Source: Polyangiaceae bacterium
Lineage (GTDB): Bacteria; Myxococcota_A; Polyangia; Polyangiales; Polyangiaceae
NCBI GenBank assembly: GCA_965222375.1
Contig: CBDCTZ010000013.1
Span: forward strand, 448,001-512,000
DNA length: 64,000 nucleotides
Direction of reading: 5' to 3'
The stretch's first letter is position 1, and each line of letters opens with the position of its first letter. Under the pieces are notes generated by a model. It had not been told where the DNA came from and did no database searches. It saw only the letters and a program-made list of their open reading frames with translations. The translations under genes and the position numbers were made by a program. This document shows positions 1 through 9,220 of the stretch, in pieces.

Positions 1-633
1 GGCGGCAGCGCGAGCGGTGGTGGCGCGGGTGCGGCGGCGGGCGGAAGCGCGGGCTCGGCAAGCGGGGGCAGCGCCGGCGCAGCGAGTGGCGGCAGCGCGG
101 GTGCTGCCAGTGGGGGAACGGCCGGCGCGGCCACTGGCGGCAACGCAGGTTCGGCCAGCGGCGGCACTGCGGGAGTTGGAACCGGGGGCACCGCGGGCAG
201 TAGCGGTGGTGCGGCAGGGGCTGGATCTTGCGTGCCGCAAACCGGCGGCAGCGGAGGCTTTTCGCAACCCACCTGCGCGGATCTCAACGTCATGACCGTG
301 TCGGATCCGAAGCTGACGGACGCGGGCAACGATGGGACCATCTCACCGGGAGAGGACTTCACGATCGCCGTGAATCTGAACGAGGTCGCCGGGCTCGGAT
401 TCAACTTCTACCCCACGGTCCAATTCACGAGTGACACATTCGGGATAGCCGTCTCCCAAGCTACGCAGTTCTTCGCGATTCTTGCCTGCCAAAGCATTGA
501 AGCGAAGGCCAAAGGCAGCGTCATGAGCAGCGTCCCCCCTGGAACGAAAGTCACGATCCAGGCCCAGGTCGCCGCTCTGAACATGACCTGTCCGAGTACT
601 CACTCCATACAGATCCCGTTTACCGTCCAATAG
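1..633 (+). CDS. Gly/Ser/Ala-rich protein with C-terminal Ig-like beta domain (5' partial)
   Basis: Frame 1 is open from base 1 (GGSASGGGAGAAAGGSAG...) into the ORF-track peptide 232..633. The low-complexity Gly linker is typical of myxobacterial lipoproteins. Confidence 0.7.
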   Translation, partial: GGSASGGGAGAAAGGSAGSASGGSAGAASGGSAGAASGGTAGAATGGNAGSASGGTAGVGTGGTAGSSGGAAGAGSCVPQTGGSGGFSQPTCADLNVMTVSDPKLTDAGNDGTISPGEDFTIAVNLNEVAGLGFNFYPTVQFTSDTFGIAVSQATQFFAILACQSIEAKAKGSVMSSVPPGTKVTIQAQVAALNMTCPSTHSIQIPFTVQ

Positions 634-640
634 CGCTGGC

Positions 641-1675
641 TCAGAACATCCCAACCAGCCGCAGTTGGAAGGAAGTGTCCGTCACCATCGGGACGATGGT
701 GGCGCGGGAGGCGACCACGGGCGGAGAGTGCGCATCCGGCGGCTCCGGTGTGGTGCGAAACTCGTGATAGTAGAGCAGCGTCGGCATCAGGTATCCGGAC
801 GCGTAGCCCATCAAGTGGCCGACCAAGACGTCACTCGTCCAATGGTTGTCGGACGAAATGCGCAGAGCGCCCGTTGCTGCGGTCATCATGATTCCGAGCG
901 CACAGGTTGCCGAATCCAGCGTGGGGTCGCCATACAGCTCGAGCTGAGTGTGGTGCGCGCACAGTAAACCTGCACCCGTCGCTGTGACCGCCGCGTGTCC
1001 GCTATAAAAAGACTTGAACTGCGAGTCGCTGTCGCAGTTTCCAGAGTAGTTTGGATCGCTCTCGCACTCCCCTGTGTACGGACGCCCCCGCGCAACCACT
1101 CGCTTGGTCACGGCGTTCACACTCAGTGTCAGAGCATAGGCCTGGGTGTTGATCACGAACATCTGCCAGGCAACTTCCGGGCTCTGACGACCCAGCAAGG
1201 TCACGAGGAAGTTATCGACGATGGTTGGGTGAGCGATGGAGCCGAAAAGCAGAGCGTCGCTGACCGACGCTGCCGCTTGCCGCTCCTCGCGCGTGCCCAA
1301 GCGCAAGGACTTGCGAACCGGCGTATCGAACAAGATCGGGCCGGTCCAGTCAGCATCGTCGTCGGGCTTGATGAACAGAGTCGTGACGTACACACTCGTG
1401 GCCGCGGCGATGGTGAACGCCTCGGAGAGACCCACTCGGCTCCAGTGGTCGTGCCAGTGCAGGCCAGATCTGCCACGAGGAGATTCGATATCCGGATCGC
1501 AGTAGAGGCAGACCTCCCCAGGCTTGGGCTGGGATACCACGCCGCCGGCAGCAGGCTTGGGCGCCTTGTCCTCCGCGGACGGCGCTGGTTCGGCGGCCGC
1601 CTGCCCGCGCGCGCTGCTCGCCACCCCCAAGCAGCTCAGCGCCATGCACGTTGCGTGCGCCCATCGGCGCGGCAT
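641..1675 (-). CDS. PAP2-family phosphatase (secreted/membrane)
   Basis: Motifs KRVVARGRP, SFYSGH and RISSDNHWTSDV match PAP2 C1/C2/C3. Signal-like N-terminus; start uncertain (1675 ATG or 1696 GTG). Confidence 0.85.
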   Translation of the reverse strand: MPRRWAHATCMALSCLGVASSARGQAAAEPAPSAEDKAPKPAAGGVVSQPKPGEVCLYCDPDIESPRGRSGLHWHDHWSRVGLSEAFTIAAATSVYVTTLFIKPDDDADWTGPILFDTPVRKSLRLGTREERQAAASVSDALLFGSIAHPTIVDNFLVTLLGRQSPEVAWQMFVINTQAYALTLSVNAVTKRVVARGRPYTGECESDPNYSGNCDSDSQFKSFYSGHAAVTATGAGLLCAHHTQLELYGDPTLDSATCALGIMMTAATGALRISSDNHWTSDVLVGHLMGYASGYLMPTLLYYHEFRTTPEPPDAHSPPVVASRATIVPMVTDTSFQLRLVGMF

Positions 1676-1863
1676 GTTGTTTCTGCGGGTGCGCACGTCG
1701 AATACGATGGTTCTGGGGCGTCTGGAAGCAGCTTGGCGTCAGCACTCACGCAACCCAGCGCGAACACCTTTGGCCGCGATAATCCTAGATAACGTAGTCG
1801 CTATTTAGCAAACGCTCAGAAAGCGCCCAGAGAGTCCAGCGTCCTCAGTGGTAGGGTGGAGGT

Positions 1864-3621
1864 ATGGGGAATCGAGCTGCGAAGCGCGTTCTTTGGGCGC
1901 TTGTCTTTTGCATTCCGGGCTGCGTGGCGGACGTGTCGGGGAACGGCTTTGCGGATTTGATTTGGATGAAGCCCGACGGCGGCATAGCCGTCGCGCCCAA
2001 TCAGCAGGGTCAGATCGGTCAGCAGAGGGCTCTGGAGGAAGGCACGTGCGCTTCGGACATCTGCCAGCTCGCCGACGTCGATGGCGACAAGCAGGTCGAA
2101 TTGGTGGCGCAGACTGCCACCGGCGCGATTTGGGTGTACCAGCTGTCGAGTTCGGACTTCGGCAAACGGAGCCTGTGGCGGGATTCCAGCGAGGGCAGTC
2201 AAGAGCGCTTCGATTTCTCCGACATGCTCGGCAACGGCTTCGCGGAGTTGCTTGTTCCCGAGCAGGACGGCGTACGCGTCTACACCAGCGGCGAGTCCGG
2301 ATTCTTGCCGAGCTTCTTCCTGAATCTGCCCTCATGCGATTCCGGCAGTCGTTGTTTCTGGGCTGACGCTATCGGCAACGGTCGCAGTGACTACTGGCTG
2401 ATCCGAGCGGCGGGAGATCTCGTGATCTTCCCGTACCGAGATCGACTGGAAGTGTTGGAGGCGAACGCACTGTCGCTTTCGCAGCTCGCGCAGCGCCGCG
2501 GCCGCTCCCAGCGCAAAACGCGCGACGAGCGCTTCCGGCAGATGGTCGCGGAAGCCATCAACGGACCACCGACTTGGGACGGCACCTTCGGCGAAGACGA
2601 CAGCACCTGGCCCGCTGGCCTCGCGATGGTGGATGAAGCGACTTTCAACACGCAAGCCGCGCCTCTGGTAACGGCGGTCAACACCGGTATCGGGGAAGTC
2701 TTTGGCGTGCTGCCATCCGAGAGCGAGCTCACGGACCTGACCGAGCAGCGGCGGTTTCAACGAGCAATCGGTCGCGTCATTGCAGCACGCACCACGTTGT
2801 TCTCCGGTGACATGGGCGCCACCAAGCGCGCGGGTATCGACCGCTAGGGCGGCACTCCCCCGAGCGTGGGCGCCATCGAAGCCCGCATGAAGGCCTTGGC
2901 CCCGTTTTACTTCGGCCCCGGGGCCAGCCGCCTGCTGCCGGGCTCGCATGCACCACGCGCCTTCTTCACCGGGACAGATAAAGTTTCCGGCGTGTCCACT
3001 ATCTACTTCAACGAGGCGCGCATGGGGGCCGATGCCCAACGCTTCATGAGCGCGCACGGAGTCACTCTTCAGGAGTACGTCAACATCACGATGATCCACG
3101 AGTTCATTCACGTGGTGATGGACCAGATGGCGCTCAGTGGCGATGTAGACTTCAGCTGGTTCGGCAATGCCAATCTCGTCCACGACACGATTCATCGCCC
3201 CCTCGGTCTTCACAACCGTTCCTGCGGCACCGACGATGCAGCCTGTGGTGCTTCATGCGGCCTCGCCGAATCCCTAGCCAAGCGACTCACTGGCTGTCTG
3301 GAGGAAGGTCGAGTGGCCACCGCTGCGGACATTCGCTGCGACTTCCAGGTCGACTACTGTGCCGATCGGGTCAACGGCGGCGTCACTGGCTTTTCCGTCG
3401 GCAATCAATGCCACGGCTCCCCTGATGTGAACGCGAACTCCGAGTGCTTTGCGGTGACCTGCTTGGACTCCGGGTCCACCTCTTCGGCCTGCTGTGACTC
3501 CATGGCCGGTGGCGCACTGCCCGCGGGCGTGTACATCCCACGGGTGGACCCGGGCCCAATGCCGCCCCGACCCGGCTTCTTCACGGCAGGGTTGCCTTGG
3601 GCCAGTTTGCCACCGCCCTGA
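1864..3621 (+). pseudogene. FG-GAP/VCBS-repeat lipoprotein with HEXXH zinc-peptidase-like C-terminal region, split by an in-frame TAG (ORFs 1864..2847 and 2866..3621)
   Basis: Lipobox-like IPGC; repeats ADVSGNGFADL, ADVDGDKQVEL, SDMLGNGFAEL, ADAIGNGRSDY. The second ORF is in the same frame, 18 nt after TAG 2845-2847, and contains MIHEFIHVVM. Confidence 0.55.
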
Positions 3622-3640
3622 TCCGAACGGAGTGTTGTTC

Positions 3641-4363
3641 ATGCGTCTCTTTCACCACGCTCACGCGTTCACCGTCATTTCACTGATCTTCGTCTCCGCC
3701 GCGTGCGGCGAGGATGACACCTCGGCCAGCAGTACGGGCGGCGGCGCTGGCACCGCGACCGGCGGTTCGTCTGGGCTCGGCGGCAGCGGCGGCATCGATG
3801 CCAGCACTGCGGGTGGCGGGGGCGTCGATAGCGGGACTGCGGGCACGTCTGGAACCACCGCGACCGACGCGGGAGATGACGCCAGTGTCGTCAGTTGCCC
3901 GCCGTCGAAGCCTGGCCCGGGCGTGAGTTGTAGTGAGCCCGGTGCCCAATGCGCCTATGGCAGCGATCAATGCGGCTGTGCGACGGGCACTTTCGGCGGA
4001 GACTGGAAGTGCTCGACCTGCCCGGCAACGGCGCCGGCCTCGGACACCGCATGCACCGAAGTGTCACTCCGCTGCAACTACACCGGACAGCAGTGCACGT
4101 GCTTCAACGGTGGCGAATGGAAATGCCACGATTGCCCTGACACCCCGCCCAGCGACGGAACCAGCTGCACGCCAGCAGGTGCAGCCTGTGCGTACAGCGG
4201 GAACAAGTGCCTATGCATCGGCGGCAAGTGGTCCTGCTATACCGGCCGATGCCCCCCGCAAAAGCCTGAAACGGGGATCGGCTGCTTCGCTCATGCCAAT
4301 GGCTGCAACTACGACGGTGGCTCGTGCGGTTGCGGAGGCATCAAGACTTGGTTCTGCCCTTGA
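3641..4363 (+). CDS. Cys-rich repeat lipoprotein
   Basis: ATG 3641, signal peptide ending VSAAC, Gly-rich linker, then four CPxxxPxxxxxC...CxY...CxC...WxC repeats. Confidence 0.8.
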   Translation: MRLFHHAHAFTVISLIFVSAACGEDDTSASSTGGGAGTATGGSSGLGGSGGIDASTAGGGGVDSGTAGTSGTTATDAGDDASVVSCPPSKPGPGVSCSEPGAQCAYGSDQCGCATGTFGGDWKCSTCPATAPASDTACTEVSLRCNYTGQQCTCFNGGEWKCHDCPDTPPSDGTSCTPAGAACAYSGNKCLCIGGKWSCYTGRCPPQKPETGIGCFAHANGCNYDGGSCGCGGIKTWFCP

Positions 4364-4378
4364 GCGGCAGAAAATCCT

Positions 4379-4413
4379 AGGCGCTGCGCTTGCCGACTCG
4401 CATTGCAGCGCCT
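4379..4413. terminator. Possible hairpin terminator between convergent genes
   Basis: AGGCGCTGC (4379-4387) / GCAGCGCCT (4405-4413) inverted repeat; no clear U tract. Confidence 0.3.
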
Positions 4414-4464
4414 TCAAGAATCCGAGGGCTCGCCGCGGGGCTCCGACTGCAAATGACCCGCGGT

Positions 4465-6639
4465 TCAACGCAGCTGACAGTCAGCTGCCAGCCCCACGCT
4501 GACCGGTACGCCACTAAACGCCGCGGTGCCGCTGAGAGCGTCGAGGAATTGATCGTCGGTGAGATCGTTCACGCTCACGCCCGGATGGGCGCTCGCGACG
4601 CGTAAGCGCACACCATCCCGCCCGTGCCCGAAGCCGTGAGGCAAACTCACCACGCCGGGCATCATGTCTTCGGTGATCTCGGCTGGTACCGACACGCTGC
4701 CCACCCGGGAGGTCACCGCCACGAGGTCGCCGTCGTCCGCACCGACGCGCCGGGCATCGTCGGGGTGCATCATCAGCGTGCAGCGAGGCTTGCCTTTGAT
4801 CAGTCGCTGAGCGTTGTGCATCCAGGAGTTGTTGCTGCGCAGGTGCCTGCGTCCAATCAATAACAACTTGCCGCCGGCGGCGGGCGTCTTTGACGACGGC
4901 CGACCGGGGAGCCGCTCTAGATCCTTCACGAACAGATCCGGGGCCAGGTCGATGGCGCCATGGACCTCGGGAATGCGCTCCGGCAACACGCGCTGCAACG
5001 GCCCGAAGTCCATGCCGTGAGGCCGGCCGCGAAGCTTGGAAAGCGACAGCCCGCTCCTCAACGGGCCCAGGCCCTTGCCGTAGGGCCCGAGCCGCAGCCC
5101 GAGGTCGAGCATGCGTTCCGGGCCGACTTTGTGCACCGCTCGCGCCGCCAGGTATTCCTTGCTCAGCCTGCCATGGCGCTTTTCTTCGATTCGGCAGGTC
5201 AGCTCGCTGAGGATCTGCCAATCGTCCAACTCACCGTCCGTGGTCTCGAAGGGCGGGGGCGAGTAGTTCGCAATGTTGCGAACGGCCGTCAGGTACAGCG
5301 CAAGATCGTAGTGACTGCGCTGGATGGGCGAGACGGGCGGCAGAATCAAGTCGGCGTGACGGCTGGTCTCGTTGACGAAAAAGTCGATCGCCAAAGCGAA
5401 GTCGAGAGAATCCAATGCCTTGTCGAGTAGCCCGCCATTCGGCGTCGATAGGATTGGATTGCCGGCGAGGATCACCATGGCCCGGATTTGACCGTCTCCT
5501 TCGGTGAGGATCTCTTCGGCCATCACCGCAGCCGGCAATTCGCCGCCGAATTCCGGCAGCCCGCGCACTCGACTACGCCAGCGCCCATGGGACCCGCGAC
5601 CGACACCGAAGCCCGCGACCTTGCGTAACGTATCGATGGCCGGAGTGGGAAACATGGATCCACCAGGCTCGTCCAAGTTCCCGGTGACCGCATTCAACGC
5701 GTTGATCAGCCACATGTTGATGCCGCCGTACTCCTGGGTGCATGCCCCCACCCGCCCGTAGGCGACTGCCGACGCCGCCTCGCCGATCTCTCGAGCAAGG
5801 CGCTTCACGGCGGCGGCGGGCACGCCGGTGATCGACTCGCTGTCCTCGGGTCGGTAGGCCCGAACAAGCTCGAGCAAGCATTCTAGATTTTTCACGTGCG
5901 GCCCCAGCCGCCCCAGGTCAACGTCGCCGGCGCAGATCTCGTGGAGCAGGCCCAGCAGAAATAGGGGATCCGTGCCGGGACGAAGGAACACGTGCTCGTC
6001 GGCGATGCGCGCGGTTTCGCTTCGACGCGGATCCACCACGACGACTTTGCCGCCACGCGCCGAGATGGCTTTCAGGCGCTTGTCGATCCCCGGCGCGGCC
6101 ATGATGCTTCCGTTGGAAGCGACGGGATTGGCGCCAACGATCAACATGAAGGCGGTGCGGTCGACGTCCGGCACTGGAAACAGCAGCTGGTGGCCAAACA
6201 TCGCGTAGGACGCGAGCATCAAGGGCCACTGGTCGCAAGAGCTGGCAGAAAAACGATTCTTCGAGCCCAACGCGCGGAAGAACGCAGGCCCATAGACTAG
6301 GGTTCCAAAGTTGTGCGCATTGGGATTGCCGAAGTAGAGCCCGACCGCGCTCTTACCGTAACGCTCCTGGATCCCATGCAGCCGGTCGACGGCCAAGTCG
6401 AAGGCTTCGTCCCAGGGGATGGCACGAAAGCCGTCCGCGCTTTTGAGCATGGGCCGTTTGACACGGTCTGGGTCGTCGTAGAGATCCTTCAGCGCGGTGG
6501 CCTTTGGACAGATATGGCCGCAACTGAACACGTCTTGCTTGTCGCCGCGAATCGACCTCACTTCCCTGCCCTCGATTTGTACCTCGAGGCCGCACATTGC
6601 TTCGCATAGATTGCAGGTTCGGTAGTGGGTCTCGGCCAT
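4465..6639 (-). CDS. Molybdopterin-dependent oxidoreductase (Fe4S4 domain, MopB family)
   Basis: N-terminal TCNLCEAMCG...HICPKA Fe-S motif, GANP, VVVDPRRSETA, C-terminal molybdopterin dinucleotide-binding region (RSNNSWMHN, MHPDDA, VVSLPHGFG). Confidence 0.92.
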   Translation of the reverse strand: MAETHYRTCNLCEAMCGLEVQIEGREVRSIRGDKQDVFSCGHICPKATALKDLYDDPDRVKRPMLKSADGFRAIPWDEAFDLAVDRLHGIQERYGKSAVGLYFGNPNAHNFGTLVYGPAFFRALGSKNRFSASSCDQWPLMLASYAMFGHQLLFPVPDVDRTAFMLIVGANPVASNGSIMAAPGIDKRLKAISARGGKVVVVDPRRSETARIADEHVFLRPGTDPLFLLGLLHEICAGDVDLGRLGPHVKNLECLLELVRAYRPEDSESITGVPAAAVKRLAREIGEAASAVAYGRVGACTQEYGGINMWLINALNAVTGNLDEPGGSMFPTPAIDTLRKVAGFGVGRGSHGRWRSRVRGLPEFGGELPAAVMAEEILTEGDGQIRAMVILAGNPILSTPNGGLLDKALDSLDFALAIDFFVNETSRHADLILPPVSPIQRSHYDLALYLTAVRNIANYSPPPFETTDGELDDWQILSELTCRIEEKRHGRLSKEYLAARAVHKVGPERMLDLGLRLGPYGKGLGPLRSGLSLSKLRGRPHGMDFGPLQRVLPERIPEVHGAIDLAPDLFVKDLERLPGRPSSKTPAAGGKLLLIGRRHLRSNNSWMHNAQRLIKGKPRCTLMMHPDDARRVGADDGDLVAVTSRVGSVSVPAEITEDMMPGVVSLPHGFGHGRDGVRLRVASAHPGVSVNDLTDDQFLDALSGTAAFSGVPVSVGLAADCQLR

Positions 6640-6681
6640 GGGCGGAGCTTAGCTCACTCGGGGGCCGCGCCACGCGCGCAC

Positions 6682-7347
6682 TCAGCGGGACGACACCGCT
6701 TTGGCCATGAGTTGGTGGCCGAGCAGGACACGCATGCTCGGATGGCGCTCAGCCAGGGCTTTGAGTTGCGCCAAGCTACGGGCGCTCTGGGGTTTGTCGT
6801 GGGAAAACGTGCCCGGTTCGACGCCGTGCTCCCAACCCCAGCGGGTGTGACTGGCGTCGCCGGTCATCAAGACGGGGCCATTTGCCGTGCGGGCCACAAA
6901 AGCGGTGCTGCCTGAGGTGTGGCCCGGCATAGACAGCGCCCACAGCATGCCGTCGCGGAAAACGTCGAGCACGCCAGCGAAGCGGCCGTCGGGATCCGGC
7001 TCGAACTGCCACTCGCTCAGAACGCCCTGACCTTCGAGAGCGCGGTCGATCACCGGACGCACCACCCAGTTGGTCACGTCCCGCTCCTTGGTTTCACCGG
7101 GCCCGACGTAGATCGGCGTTTCCCGTGGAATGTCCGGCATGCCGGAGACGTGGTCCATGTGCAGATGGGTCAAGAACACCCCCGCAAGCGGCTCGCGCTG
7201 CGCGTCGATCCAGCTGGCGGTGTCGAGGTGCACCTGCATCGCGTCGACGTTCATGAAGCGGCCGACGATGCTGCGCAGAGCCGACCGTTCTGGGGCTGCT
7301 TTCACCGCGCGCTCCACGCCCGTATCCACGATGTACGTGCCGCGACT
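6682..7347 (-). pseudogene. Metallo-beta-lactamase-fold hydrolase, 5'-truncated
   Basis: IVDTG, THLHMDH, PGHTSGS, TGDASH and LGH motifs are intact. Family-like sequence begins at ~7347 (SRGTYIVDTG); upstream the frame is antisense LysR sequence with no plausible start. Confidence 0.75.
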
Positions 7348-8190
7348 GCCGCCCGCGAACTCGGCGTCGGCCAAGCGACGGTCAGTCGGCGCTTGGCGGA
7401 GATGGAAGAACGGCTGGGCCAGCAGCTGTTTGCACGCAGCGTCGAAGGCACCTCCCTCACCCCAACCGCCGAAGCCATGCTCGAGCCCGCCCGGCGCATG
7501 GCCGAGACCGCCGGGGAGATCGCACGCTTCGCCGAGCGTGGTGACTCGGCACCCCAGGGCGTCGTCCGCCTCACCGCCCCCCCCCCCGGGATCGCCTTCG
7601 ACTTCGTCGCACCCTTCGCGGCATCTCTTCGAACCCGCTTGCCGGAAGTACGACTCGAAGTGCGATCGGCAATCCAATATCTCGACCTATCCCGACGCGA
7701 GGCCGATCTCGCGCTGCGCATGCGACCCTCCAACGAACGCGATCTGGTGAACGTCGCGAGTCTCCAGCACGAAGGCGCCGCCTTTGCTTCCCACGCCTAC
7801 CGCAAGGGATTGCCCAAGGGCTACGGTATCGCAGACATCGACTGGATCGCTTGGGCGCCCCCGTTCGAATCCCTGTCACCCAATCCGGAGCTCGCCAGCT
7901 TGATCCCCAATTTCCGGCCTGCCTTCGCCTCGGACGACTTCTTGGTACAACTCTCCGCTGCAACCGCGGGGGTGGGCGCGATGTTTCTCAGTCGATTGCG
8001 GCATCCGTACTCCGTCGATCGCGGCCTGTGCGAGCTCGATCTCGATCTGGGCGACAAGGCGAAAGGCGCCACGCACCTCATCTGCACAAAGAGCGCCCTG
8101 GACATCCCCCGCATCCGCGCTGTCGCGGATCTGCTCCGCGACGACTTCTCCAAAACCCAGGCCAATTCGAGGGACAATGAAGGTAGCTAG
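7345..8190 (+). pseudogene. LysR-family transcriptional regulator, 5'-truncated
   Basis: AARELGVGQATVSRRLAEMEERLGQQLFAR is a LysR HTH followed by the substrate-binding domain (LDLSRREADLALR). The first ~20 residues of the HTH and the start codon are missing. Confidence 0.8.
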
Positions 8191-8237
8191 GGCCGATCAG
8201 CGATGACGCGACTCGGCTACACATGCTGCGTCCACTC

Positions 8238-8576
8238 TCAGTTCCGAGCGCCGTCTCCGCTCGCTTCTAGGCCACCATCACCCAGGGCCAGCGTGATGGG
8301 TGCCATGCCGTGGGTCTGAACTAGATCCCGCTGCTCAGAAGGGTCCACGCTTCGCCCCCGGCCGCTTCGGACAACCAAAGCGAAGACGGCCGCAAAAGCC
8401 ACTGCCGACACGCCGACGGCGAGGGTCCGCGTTCGTCGTCGCCCGGCGATCCACCGCGCCGTCACCGTCCGCTGCACCCGGGCATCGCGCTCGTGCCCCC
8501 AAGATGGCTCGGCCCTTCCGGCCCGGAGTGCGAGTTTGCTCAGACGTTCGCTAATGGGTTCGTTCATCGTGGTCAC
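8238..8576 (-). pseudogene. Truncated FecR-like anti-sigma factor (N-terminus plus TM only)
   Basis: Abuts the ECF sigma gene. Basic stretch plus one TM helix, then ITLALGDG, resembling the start of a FecR domain, with a stop 11 codons later. Confidence 0.5.
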
Positions 8577-9116
8577 TCAGGGCTTGCCAAGTAGCCGCTC
8601 AAGGCGGGTTTGTGCTTCTTGGATGCGTCTCTTGGTGGTGGACAGAGAGGTACGAGTGTTGTCTGCAACCTCGGGCAAGGTCATCTGCTCGACGTGCCGC
8701 AGGCTCCAAGGGATCCTCACCGAGGCCGGCAGCCGGCCCAAAGCATCGTAGAGTTCGTGAGCCGCTGCGCGTGAGGAAGTCACGCCCACGAACGCACTGA
8801 GCTCGGAAAACTGATCGACGATGAATCGACGGCGGCGCTGTGCCGCAAGGTGCCGGTGCACACGTCGCACGGCGATACTGACGAGCCACGGCCGGAGAGA
8901 CTCGCTTTGGCGCAACGCTCCAATGGCTCGCGCCGCGTCGAGAAACGCCTCCTGGACGACGTCTTCGAGATCGGCATCGTCGCCGAGCAACCGAAACACC
9001 ACGCCCGCTAGATAGCGCGAGTGCAGTGCGTACAGTCTGCGGAACGCGGCAGCGTCATCCTGCTGTGCCCGCTTGATTAGTACTGCCTCGTCGAGGCTCT
9101 TCACGAGGGAAGTCAA
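8577..9116 (-). CDS. ECF sigma-70 factor
   Basis: Region 2 (AFRRLY...LEDVVQEAF...LRPWLVSIA) and region 4 (MTLPEVA...STTKRRI); GGGGAG upstream of the TTG start. Confidence 0.9.
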   Translation of the reverse strand: MTSLVKSLDEAVLIKRAQQDDAAAFRRLYALHSRYLAGVVFRLLGDDADLEDVVQEAFLDAARAIGALRQSESLRPWLVSIAVRRVHRHLAAQRRRRFIVDQFSELSAFVGVTSSRAAAHELYDALGRLPASVRIPWSLRHVEQMTLPEVADNTRTSLSTTKRRIQEAQTRLERLLGKP

Positions 9117-9220
9117 GGCTCTCCCCTATAATAGAGGCGGGGCGGCAACCCGTCCGGTCCAAAAATCTTTCGCCGACGGCTTTTTGAGCTGAGCGGTCCC
9201 CGAAAAGGACTCTTCTTTGA

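Noticed and set aside
2845..2847. Pyrrolysine or programmed recoding at the TAG
   Set aside because: No pyl genes are in the window, TAG serves as a normal stop in many genes here, and nearby decay scars favour mutation or sequencing error.
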